A DNA stretch of 64,000 nt from Leptogorgia sarmentosa (lineage: Eukaryota), in the NCBI GenBank assembly GCA_964658305.1, contig OZ210884.1:3472001-3536000 (forward strand), in the 5' to 3' direction. The translations under genes were made by a program, and so were the position numbers. The notes beneath the pieces were generated by a model, which was not told the origin of the DNA, searched no databases, and saw nothing but the letters and a program-made list of their open reading frames with translations. Positions 28,601 to 40,600 of the stretch are shown piece after piece (position 1 is the first letter of the stretch; each line of letters starts with the position of its first letter).

Positions 28601-31600
28601 TATCTAAAAACAGTGATGCGACCATGAAAATTCGAAACTTGACTTGCCATTTTAAATGTGCTATACACAAGATTTTTTCAGCACAAAGCAAGAAATTCGT
28701 TCTCGAATTTACACAGATGTAAATATAAATGCATTTTCAAGCTGAACACTTTGAAACATGATTTTGTTTCAAAGGCGATACAAAGGAAGCTCGCTTGAAA
28801 TTATGCCGAGAATACTACAGCATCCATTTTAATAGTTCTTTTAATTTCTAATTTGCATTCAACTACTATGAAAAGTTGAATGCGAAGTGGTGCCATGCCT
28901 TAAATCAATTTGCATATCAATATTAAGGTAAATATGTCGAAAAGTGTTAACGTTGACAAAGGTTGGAATAGGTTATTGATTAATTTCGCCTACCTGTACA
29001 GTTTAAACCATTTCCATAAAAGCCATTTATACAAGTGCATGTAAAGGATCCATTTGTGTTCGTACACGTGGCATTGTCATGGCAATCGTGTGTTCTCATT
29101 TCACATTCATTCACATCTGTAACAGCCAAAGGATATTTCATCACTTAACGCAAAATGTTTAAGACAATGAAGTGCCATTGTGAAGTGGTTCTGGAAACAG
29201 CCTGAATAATTTTGATAGGGAAACACAACTATCCCCAAGATTGGTACAATTTAAGTAATAAGAAAGGCTAACGAATATCCTTAACAATTGTACTTCGTTT
29301 TTAACAATGGGCCAAGTACTATTATTTTCTTTCCAAAGGCGAGTTAAGAACAGCTAGATTCAGTGAAATGGAATCATTCAAACTTTTTCAAAACTTTCTG
29401 CAGTTAATTTTACTTGAAATTCATGCGCTACTTTCTAGCTAGCGAACATTGTAAAATCGTTAAGAGCATTCGTGGTCTGAGTCAATTCAATTTGATACAA
29501 TTATAAATATTTACATAAATTTCATTGTATAAGACATCGGCAAAAATTAAGGTTATCACAATTTATTGAATATTTATGAGGTTCATTCCACATACCCGCA
29601 CAGTTTACACCATCCCCAGTAAAACCATTGTTACATGCACAGGTAAATGATCCATGTGTGTTGTTGCACGTAGCATTGTCGTGGCAATTGTGCGTGTTAA
29701 TGGCACATTCATTCACATCTGCCACTGTAAAAAGAGAATTGATAACATTAAGCCAATTCGTCAAACTCAAGCCTATAGATTGTTCAATGGCGTATAATCA
29801 TTCAGGAAACATGGTGAATATTTTTCCTTTAGCTCTTGAAATGCTGTACCTTAATACCCTGAAAATCGGAGCACATCCACTATGAACAATACTAGGTGAT
29901 AATACACACCAATTTTGAATGTTTTTAGACACGCTATGAAGTAATACATTTTCAAAACGCAGGCCACGGCTTACTCTAATGAAACAGCATCATTAACTCT
30001 CCCACAGTTTGTTTTCGTAAAATTCTTCCGCAAACATAATTCAATTTATTTAATTCAATTTCCTCTCTGTAATTTCGCGAAAACAGACGAGGATAAAGTT
30101 GGGAATGATATTTTCAATAAGACGTTTTTTACGCATACCTGTACAATTGACCCCATCTCCAGAAAAGCCATCCAGGCACACACATGCAAATGATCCAATT
30201 GTATTTAAACATGTAGCATTTTCGTGACAATTGTGGGTGTTATTGGCACATTCGTCGGTATCTGCAAAGGTAAAAATAACTCTGTAACTTACGGTAAAAA
30301 CGCCAAATTCATTCTGTGCGGTCGCGAACCTTCAGAACAAAATGGAGAGATAATTATTTCCGATCTTGCAGTATGCGTAGACATTAACTGTTCGGAAGTT
30401 TGAAGAACGTATATCAATTTTGTGTGCAATTGGTGTCCTCTGTAGCTATAATATCAATTTCGATGTCCATATTAAGAACGAAAGAAAGGCAAGGAGAGGT
30501 GTTGAAATAATTAATGTAAGAACAAGTTCATTCCGTCTGTTCGATATGTCGTGTTTTTGGGATATTAATAGATATATGAAATTTTAATAACATGAGTCGA
30601 ATGTCATTGTTGATCAAGCGCTTGAAGCGATAAATTTATAGAATCCTTCATACCATTGCACGTTGAAGATGATATTTTGTCTGCCAAAGGATATAGTTCT
30701 TCGAAATTATCCAACAAATAAACGTGTTCATCCACGGGGGACGTTGCTATTGTTTCCAACTCTGATATCCCAATACCTGAACCAACTCCAATCGCAAATA
30801 TCGTAAGGCCAATGTCTTTGAGTTGTTGTGCTGGTTGATCAACGCTTCCATGGCTCTGGCCATCAGTGACCACCAGCAGAACTTGATTAGCGTCTAAAAA
30901 GATTAACGATATAAAATCAGTATAACAAGATAAACGTAACGTGAAATGACTATTATTGTTAAAAAAAACAAAGCTGAAGAACAAACAAGCCATATATGCA
31001 AAACGATGAAACAACAAAATGAACAAATGAACAGACGAATAAAAGGACACACCTGAAAATCGAGCCCCGTTGTTTGCTTTGAACATCTCTGTATACGCTT
31101 TAACCAAAGCCAAGTCAGTATTAGTGCCACCATCGGTGAAGGAAATATTCTGTATCGCGGAGTGAAGATCCTCCCGCGTTTCAAATATTTGGGAAAATGG
31201 AAAATGTAGTGTGCAAGATGTTGCATACGAAATAACAGACACCCTTGTATTTTCGTGTGAAATGTTAAAGTGATCAGTAAGATCCTTTACAAAAGATTTA
31301 ATCTTTTCGAAATTAAAGGCACCGATACTACCAGACCTATCTAAAATGAATCCGATATCAAGCTTTTCTTCGCAAATGTTGACGTTTTTGCCTAAAAGTA
31401 AAAACAAAACAAATATTTTATCCAAAAACAGTCATGCGACCATGAAAATTCAAAACTTGACTTGCCATTTTAAATGTGCTATACACAAGATTTTTTCAGT
31501 ACAAAGCAAGAAATTCGTTCTCGAATTTACACAGATGTAAACATAAATGCATTTTCAAGCTGAACACTTTGAAACATGATTTTGTTGGCATAGGTTGGAA

Positions 31601-34600
31601 TAGGTTATTGATTAATTCCGCCTACCTGTACAGTTTAAACCATTTCCATAAAAGCCATTTATACAAGTGCATGTAAATGATCCATTTGTGTTCGTACACG
31701 TGGCATTGTTATGGCAATCGTGTATTCTCATTTCACATTCATTCACATCTGTAACAGCCAAAGGATATTTCATTTTTAACGCTAAAGGTATAAGTCAATG
31801 AAGTGCCATTGCGAAGTCGTTCAGGAAACAGCCTGAATAATTTTGCTAAGGAAACACAACTATCCCCAAGATTGGTACAATTTAAGTAATAATAAAAGCT
31901 AACGAATATCCTTAACAATTGTATTTTGTTTTTAACAGTGGGCCAAGGACTGTTATTTTCTTTCCAAAGACGAGTTAAGAACAGCTAGATTCAGTGAAAT
32001 GGAATCATTCAAACTTTTTCAAAACTTTCTGCAGTTAATTTTACTTGAAATGCATGCGCTACTTTCTAGCTAGCGAACATAGTAAAATCGTTACGAGCAT
32101 TCGTGGTCTGAGTTAATTCAATTTGAACAATTATAAATATTTACATAAATTTCATTGTATAAGACATGGTCGAATGTTATCACAATTTATTGGATAATTA
32201 TGAGGTTCATTCCACATACCTGCACAGTTTACACCATCCCCAGTAAAACCATGGTTACATGCACAGGTAAATGATCCATGTGTGTTGTTGCACGTAGCAT
32301 TGTCGTGGCAATTGTGCGTGTTAATGGCACATTCATTCACATCTGCCACTGTAAAAAAGAATTGATAACATTAAGCCAATTCGTCAAACTCAAGCCTATA
32401 GATTGTTCAATGGCGTATAATCATTCAGGAAACATGGTGAATATTTTTCCTTCAGCTCTTGAAAATCTGTACCTTAATACCCTGAAAATCGGAGCACATC
32501 CACCATGAACAATACTAGTGATAATACACACCAATTTTGCAATGTTTTAAGACACGCTATGAAGTAATACATTTTCAAAACGCAGGCCTCGGCTTACTCT
32601 AATGAAACGGCATCATTAACTCTCCCACAGTTTGTTTTCATAAACTCTTTCGCAAACATAATTCAATTTATTTAATTCAATTTCCTCTCTGTAATTTCGG
32701 GAAAACTGACGAGGATAAAGTTCGGAATGATGTTTTCAATAACAAGTTTTTACGCATACCTGCACAATTTACCCCATCTCCAGAAAAGCCATCCAGGCAA
32801 ACACATGCAAATGATCCAATTGTATTTAAACATGTAGCATTTTTGTGACAATTGTGGGTGTTATTGGCACATTCGTCGGTATCTGCAAATGTAAAAAAAC
32901 TCTGTAACTTACGGTAAATACACCAAAATCATTCTGTGCGTTCGGGAACCTTCTGAACAACATGGAGAGATAATTATTTCAAAATCTTGCAGCATGTGTA
33001 CACATTAACTGTTCGGTAGTTTTAAGAACGCTTATCAATTTTAGTCTCTTATGATCTTCGTAGCTCAACAATTTTTCCGTATTATTTCAATTAGACCAGA
33101 AATTTTGTAGGCAATATGCTGTTTTCTGTATATCAATTTCAATATCCACATTAAGAACGAAAGAAAGGCAAGGACTGGTGTTGAAATATTTAATGTAAGA
33201 AGAACTTGATTCCATCTGATCGATAGGGCCATTTCCTTGGATATTAATAGCTACATGAAATTTTAGTACCATGAGTTGAATGTCATTGTTGAAGCAAGCG
33301 TGAGATCGAGTGCAATTACGGTGATAAATTTATATAATCATTCATACCATTGCACGTTGAAGATGATATTTTGTCTGCCAAAGGGTATAGTTCTTCGAAA
33401 TTATCCAACAAATAAACGTGTTCATCCACGGGGGACGTTGCTATTGTTTCCAACTCTGATATCCCAATACCTGAACCAACTCCAATCGAAAATATCGTAA
33501 GGCCAATGTCTTTGAGCTGTTGTGCTGGTTGATCAACACTCCCACTGCTCCGTCCATCAGTAACCACTATCAGAACTTGATTAGCATCTAAAAAGATTTG
33601 AGATATGATATTGGAATGAAAAGATAAGAGACACGTGGAGTGACTATTATTGGCAAAAAACCTGAAGAAAAAACTGACTATCAAATGAAGAAACAAAATA
33701 ACGAACAAATGCAAAGACAAACGAACGAACAAACCTGAAAATCGAGCCCCGTTGTTTGTATTGAACATCTCTGTATACGCTTTAACCAAAGCCAAGTAGG
33801 TATTAGTGCCACCATCGGTGAAGGAAATATTCTGTATCGCGGAGTGAAGATCCTCCCGCGTTTCAAATATTTGGGAAAATGGAAAATGTAGTGTGCAAGA
33901 TGTTGCATACGAAATAACAGACACCCTTGTATTTTCGTGTGAAATGTTAAAGTGATCGGTAAGATCCTTTACAAAAGACTTAATCTTTTCGAAATCGATG
34001 GCACCGATACTACCAGAGCTATCTAAAATGAATCCGATATCAAGCTTTTCTTCGCAAATGTTGAAGTTTCTGCCTAAAAGTAAAAACAAAACAAATATTT
34101 TATCTAAAAATAGTGATGCGATCATGAAAATTGAAAATTTGACTTGCCATTTTAAATGTGCTATACACAAGATTTTTTCAGCACAAACCAAGAAATTCAT
34201 TCTCGAATTTACACAGATGTAAATATAAATGCATTTTCAAGCTGAACACTTTGAAACATGATTTTGTTTCAAAGGCGATACAAAGGAAGCTCGCTTGAAA
34301 TTATGCCTAGAATACTACTGCATCCATTTTAATAGTTCTTTTAATTTCTAATTTGCATTCAACTACTATGAAAAGTTGAATGCGAAGTGCTGCCGTTCCT
34401 TAAATCAATTTGCATATCGATATTAAGGTAAATATGTCAAAAAGTGTTAACGTTGACAAAGGTTGGAATAGGTTATTGATTATTTTCGCCTACCTGTACA
34501 GTTTAAACCATTTCCATAAAAGCCATTTATACAAGTGCATGTAAAGGATCCATTTGTGTTCGTACACGTGGCATTGTCATGGCAATCGTGTGTCCTCATT

Positions 34601-37600
34601 TCACATTCATTCACATCTGTAACAGCCAAAGGATATTTCATCACTTAACGCTAACTGTTTAAGTCAATGAAGTGCCATTGCGAAGTCGTTCAGGAAACAG
34701 CCAGAATAATTTTGCTAGGGAAACACAACTATCCCCAAGATTGGTACACCTTAACTAGTAATAAAGGTTGACGAATATCCTTAACAATTGCACTTTTTTT
34801 AAAGAAGGGGCAAGGACTATTATTTTCTTTGTAAAGGCGGGTTTTAAGAATGGCTTGATTGAAATGGAATCATTCCAACTTTTCAACATTTTCTGTAGTT
34901 ATTTTTTCAATCTTATATATATATTTAATTTTACTTGAAATGCATGCTCTAGTTTCTAGCTAGCGAACATTGAAAAATAGTTAAGAGCATTCGTGGTTTG
35001 AGTCAATTCAATTTGTATAATTATAAATATTTACATAAATTTCATTGTATAAGACATCGACAAATGTTATCACAATTTATTTAATATTTATGGGGTTCAT
35101 TCCACATACCCACACAGTTTACACCATCCCCAGTAAAACCATTGTTACATGCACAGGTAAATGATCCATGTGTGTTGTTGCACGTAGCTTTTTCATCGCA
35201 ATTGTGCGTGTGATGTTCACATTCATTCACATCTGCAACAGTGAAACGATCGATACTCCATCACTTCCTGCAAATCGTTAAATTCCCGCAGTGCCAAAGC
35301 GAAGTTGTTTAGGAAAGAGCGGAATAATTTTGTATTACGTCTTGGTGGGAAAACCTCACTATTCCGAAGACTAATAATAAAGCTGATGTCGATGGTCGTT
35401 GTTTCAGTATTTATTATTGTTTTTTTTTCAGGTGTAATGCTCTCTTTTCAAAGGCAAGCCATGAGCTGCTGTATATTACTGGAATTACTCTAGTTTGAGA
35501 CACTTTTTGTCGTTCATTCTTTCGTAATATATATCTAATATGTATATAGTTTTTTTGCACAAATTTCTATTTCATTTTAAAATTCTTCGTTTCGCTAATT
35601 AGCACCTTAAAAAAGACATCGACAAAGCTTCCACTTACCTGTACAGTCTACACCATCCCCAGTAAGACCATTGTTACATGCACTTGTATTTGTTCCATGT
35701 GTGTTGTTACACGTAGCATTGTCGTAGCAATCGTGTCCATCCACCTGAAATATCCAGAAACCCGGATCTTGATAGTTTGATGTTGAAGTTATATTTATTA
35801 TGGCAGCAGTTCGAGAGTTTGGAATATTAAAATATCGAATCCCATCACCTGCGTTGAAACCAGCCTAAAAATTATATTATTATGTTAAATTCATTACATT
35901 TAGTTATATTATTACTCAACTCCAAATTCTCCAATCAAACGTCTTCATTTACGTCACGTGAACATGGGATGTTTCACTTGATTTCATTCACGCATACTGT
36001 GAGTGCCGTGAGATACATATTTATAGTGTCTCCGACCAAGTTAACACAAATTAGTATAGGAAGTTACACGGTTCGAAAAGTGTTAATGAAAAATTGCACG
36101 CGTGTTTGGCGAAATTCGAGAACACTTACACTCACTTCGAGAACAAGTGTAATTTCCTTTTAATATCATTGTAGTCAATTTCAGTGCAATTTCAATATCA
36201 AACAAATCAAAATCTATTGTAAATCTATACGAGAAAGAAAAATTTTACTGGAGTTTTACTTGTTTTTAAATTTAGCGCTCGCATATCGCGGGCTCGAAAC
36301 CGTGGTAACTATTTGAAAAATTAATCACACACCTGTGTAATTAATGTTTAATTCGCACAGTTGTTGAAGCTTTCTAGCCCATCAGCGTCCAGGAAATTGA
36401 CTACAATGATATTAAGACAATAGCGGGGGCTCCATGAAAGGACGAATGACGTTTTTGATGAAATTAATAGAATTTTGCAATTGGAGGAAAAAGGCTCCAG
36501 ATATACCAAAAACCATAAGGAATACTGAAAACTGTATTTCAGTAAAATGTCCGAATTTTGCACGTTGATAGTAACCTTATAATTCATAATACATGCTGTG
36601 GCAGTTGCAGAGCAAAGTGCTAATGCGCCAGTAAATAGGAATAAACTCAGACGATAGATACGATGAATATAGACACGTATTATATAAACAACAACAATGA
36701 TCGGGCGCCAAGAGCGCGAAACTCGTGAAATACCAGGTCGTATTGCATGTCAAACCATTCAATTAAAAATGTGGAAATACGAAACCTGAATGTTCGTTTC
36801 ATGCTCGTAACTATTTTTCGAAGATTTCGACAATTCGTACCTAGTCCCTTCGTGGAAAAAGTATGCATTCTAGACTAGCGATTTCCGTAATATATGTAAG
36901 TAACGAGAATAAGTAACCAATTCATTGCAAGTGTATTTTACCTGAGCAGAAATGTTTCCGCTTGCTGTCCCAAAAGTCCATTCGATCTTATTGTAGTAAA
37001 ATATTATAAACGAATTGTTACCATTAGTTGTCAGCACTGTCTGAAATGTATTCTAAATATAGAAGAAATGATTATAATTTAATCACCGTTTATTGCATTT
37101 GTACCTTATGGTCGTACTGTTTTAAAAGGAGAGGAGGAGGAAACTGGGTTGTACTCACTGCTTTGTTCTTTGTAAAGGTAGAGACAGAAAAGGGAAAGAA
37201 AACGTTATATTGCAAAGTACGCAAAGATTGAAAGTTTTCGGTAACTGTATCTAAACCCAAGCAACATGAGTGTTATTGAGTTTATTCGATATCTTACATT
37301 TAAGCTTGCATTGGAATTTCCACCGAAACTTGCAACATCTAACCACGTCACAACCATTACCCATTTGGCCGAGAACCCACTTTGGCGAACGAAATACTTT
37401 TGAATTTCCTCCGAAGCTCGTGTTCGAATACCAATATCTTGAGTTTCTCTGTAATATATAACGCCACCATTGCTTGTGTCGACATCTGCCCAGAATGGAG
37501 CGATGAGAGGACGATTACCAGCAAGTGGAAAGGGATCTGGTGTGTACTGTGAAACCTCACCAAGAAATGAGATCACTCCATTCGTATTTATCTGCCAAGG

Positions 37601-40600
37601 AAAGAATAATATAATTTTATGTTGTTGAGATGTGAGGACGAAGAAGTCAAGTTCATATTTCGAACGATAGTTTCTCGTAGGCCGTGAAGTCTATCATTCA
37701 GTATGGAACGATAGCCAGTAACAGAGAGTGAAAGCAATTTAAAGTGCTGGTGCTCAAATTGGCCGAATGGCTTCCAAAGCTAATCTGAATTGCTGACACT
37801 AATCAGGAAAATTGGATTAACGGAAAAATGGCAAAACTGCAAACAAAGCTGACGTAGAATTTTGAACATTAAATTGTATAAGGTGTTGCTGAATAAGGTG
37901 GCTGCAGCAATAGGGTAGCTAGTTGTTGCTTCGATGATACGACATGGCGAGTCCGTATACCTTTTAATTTGAGCTTAATTACGACGTTATTACTTCATTC
38001 TTCGCATTATGTTTAATACTTTGCAGAAAACGTGGAAAATATCATCTTTTTTGTGTTGTTATGATCAGAAAAAAGGATAAAAACGATGAGCACCTATCAG
38101 CAAATGCTGTCTAAATGAAGATTCAAGCAGTGTTATATTCTAGGTGTTAAAACGAATAGCGTATTGAACTTGTTGTAAAAGGAGCGATTAGAAGTCGAAA
38201 TCCAATATAATTATGCCAATTTTGGGGTTCCGTCGTCATTGATTATACGACGTCATCACTATCAACAAGCCCATGGGTATGAATAGATTTTTAGGCACTA
38301 TATATTGGCTTATAAAAAATGAAGGACGTCAAAACGTTTTTGCCGTTTTCCATGAGACAATTATAGGCCGCTTTATTAATTTTTATAAACTAGAAATACG
38401 TACATACAGCAACCCCTCGCTCGCCTATATTAAGGTCAACTCAGTGTACTATGTATTACGACTCAGTGTAACGTGAAGTGCTGTGACATTGTTAGGATAA
38501 TATCAAATTGAAGTTATTCCGAAAAATGTCGCGTAATGTCAGGTTTTGACCTGGTTTCCATGACATTGTTTAATCAGAATAATATATGCCACACCAATGT
38601 CATTAAAGTGATTAAACTAAAATTTGATATAAAATAGTCTTATTTTAAAAAGATTCTGAAACGTTTTAACTTTAAGAAACTGTATTTACAGAAATTTCGT
38701 ATTTGAAATACAAGTATTTCAAGCCAATATTCGTTGGTAGCTATATTCTTTTACATGTAAGCTTTGTTAGTATTTTGAAATAATAAAAAGGCAGCCTTAA
38801 ATTTACAAAACGAAATTTCTTAAATTAAACTGTGAACATATTGTATGTGGTTCAGCAGGTCATTCATATAAAAAGACAAGAAATTTTATATTTTTGGTCT
38901 TTGTTTTGGCCTTTTCGAGAGCCTTACTGTTCGACCTTCATGCAGTCTTCCGTATATTTGAGTTCAGTGATGACCACCCAACAACCTTGAACGTACAATA
39001 ATACAAAATTAATTAGCGGTGAACTTCAGACTCGGCTATGCAGTTCTTTACCCGAGTATGAATAGCCGTGCGGAATTATCACCCTCGCCAGGGTCTAACG
39101 CGCCAGGATCTAAAGCGTTTAAATGATTGCGTTAAGGAGAGGATATTACAAGGCGATGCGACCTATGAGTTATTTAATGGAAATTTCATTAAGTGGAGTG
39201 AAAATAACAGTGAGTGAAACTGTAAGACAAGTATTACATGAGTTATATTGGCGAAACCGATAAATTACTTCCCGAAATCTGCCCTTAAGAAAAAGTGTTT
39301 GTTTCAATCTTTACAAGATGTAACGATGCATAAGATTTGCAAATATTGTAGGCAATTTGCTGAGTAAGACATCGAATTCGACTTTACATGTTAACTTGGC
39401 TAGCTGGGCACCGATCAATCGGGATGAAATATTTCTAAATGAAATCATCAGCCCAGGTGTAGCTCGTGTTCCAGCAGAGTTGAACCGCCTTAAAAATAAC
39501 TAACTAACCACATCTAACCTATTGGTGTCCATACTCGACAGTGGATTTGTACCCCCTGCCGCGCATTTGGATCCCTCGTCTATTTCATCATCGTAATGTA
39601 TTTGATTATTTGTATCAAAGTATTAATTAAAAACCTCATTTAACAGGAAAACACTTATTGAAATGAATATTTTTCTGCATAATTCGTTATCTTCAATGTC
39701 ATTTGCCTTTATAATGTTATTTTTATTGAAAGAATTGCTACGTACTTTTAATCGACAATTTGTTTTCCTCGAATAAATACAAATAACAAAGATTTCATCT
39801 CATAGTTTGAAAATAATTTATTAGTGAGAAATGATTAGGTGATCGATATCTTCACTTATTAAGTCAGATAAAAAATATCCAACTTTGTATTTTTCACATA
39901 TCTCACTGTCTGTCTACTGTATAATGAGAATAATAGTAACGCAAGTTTATGCACAGAAGAGTTACGAACAATGGTTCTTTGCTGGCCACTAAAGAAATAT
40001 TTTAGTTGTTGGTATGCGATCAGTTATTAAGAATGTTTAATTTGGTCAAAACATTGCAAATATCTGTAATAGGCTATAAGTATGGCATGTGCTTTAAAGC
40101 ATTCGGTTTGAATCTTTGAAGTGGCTAGATGGTGTAGGAAACGATTAATGCATTCGAATTCTTAACATTTTTTTGTTGCCGACAAGATATTTCTCTACTG
40201 GAATTTTTTAATCGAGCAAAAAATATACCGTCTTCCCGTAAGATATCTCAATTTGGACGTCAGTTTTGAGACAAGCATGCAGTCATCTGAATCGAATATT
40301 CGAAGCTAAGAACAATTTAAAAACCTAATAATATAATCTCAATAACAATACTTGAGGGCCTGACGTGTGCGGTAAAATATATTATAATTATTATGTATAT
40401 GTTATGTAATTTTGATCATATATCAATGCCATATGACTTCCTCTGTCATGCCATGCGAGCCAAACCAATGTACCCTACCAATAGCATCGGCATAAGCAGT
40501 CGGTAAGCCAAGACTGTGAAAGTTTCCTCCATTAGGAACTGTCGAGTTACAAGATTTGATTGGCAAGAGCGCATATAATAATTTCTTGATTATGAATCAA

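Larger units (their letters stand above)
1..35232. repeat. Intragenic tandem array (macrosatellite-like), period ~2.69-2.90 kb, >=13 copies, introns included
   Basis: The VWA ORF recurs at 163, 3039, 5736, 8943, 11640, 14330, 17020, 19922, 22612, 25307, 28185, ~31000 and ~33700. Spacings are 2876, 2697, 3207 (with a 517 bp insert), 2697, 2690, 2690, 2902, 2690, 2695 and 2878. Confidence 0.97.

Noticed and set aside
126..33500. Recurrent short ORFs (MQHLAHY..., MNPISSF..., MLHAQVND..., MHSHACF..., MPKNFTK..., MLYTRFF...) as separate small genes
   Set aside because: They are alternative-frame or antisense shadows of the EGF/VWA exons, or intronic; they recur only because the whole unit is duplicated.
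1..35232. Array interpreted as 13 independent tandem genes
   Set aside because: Units have no start codon, signal peptide or terminal stop exon; all exons are internal phase-1 exons that chain to the single NIDO head.
1..35232. Array as a pure assembly artefact
   Set aside because: Units carry private SNPs, indel haplotypes, a mosaic tract and a unique 517 bp insertion, which argues for real copies. The exact copy number still needs spanning long reads.
1..35232. CRISPR-like or other prokaryotic repeat system
   Set aside because: No short repeat-spacer structure; the DNA is spliceosomal-intron eukaryotic sequence.
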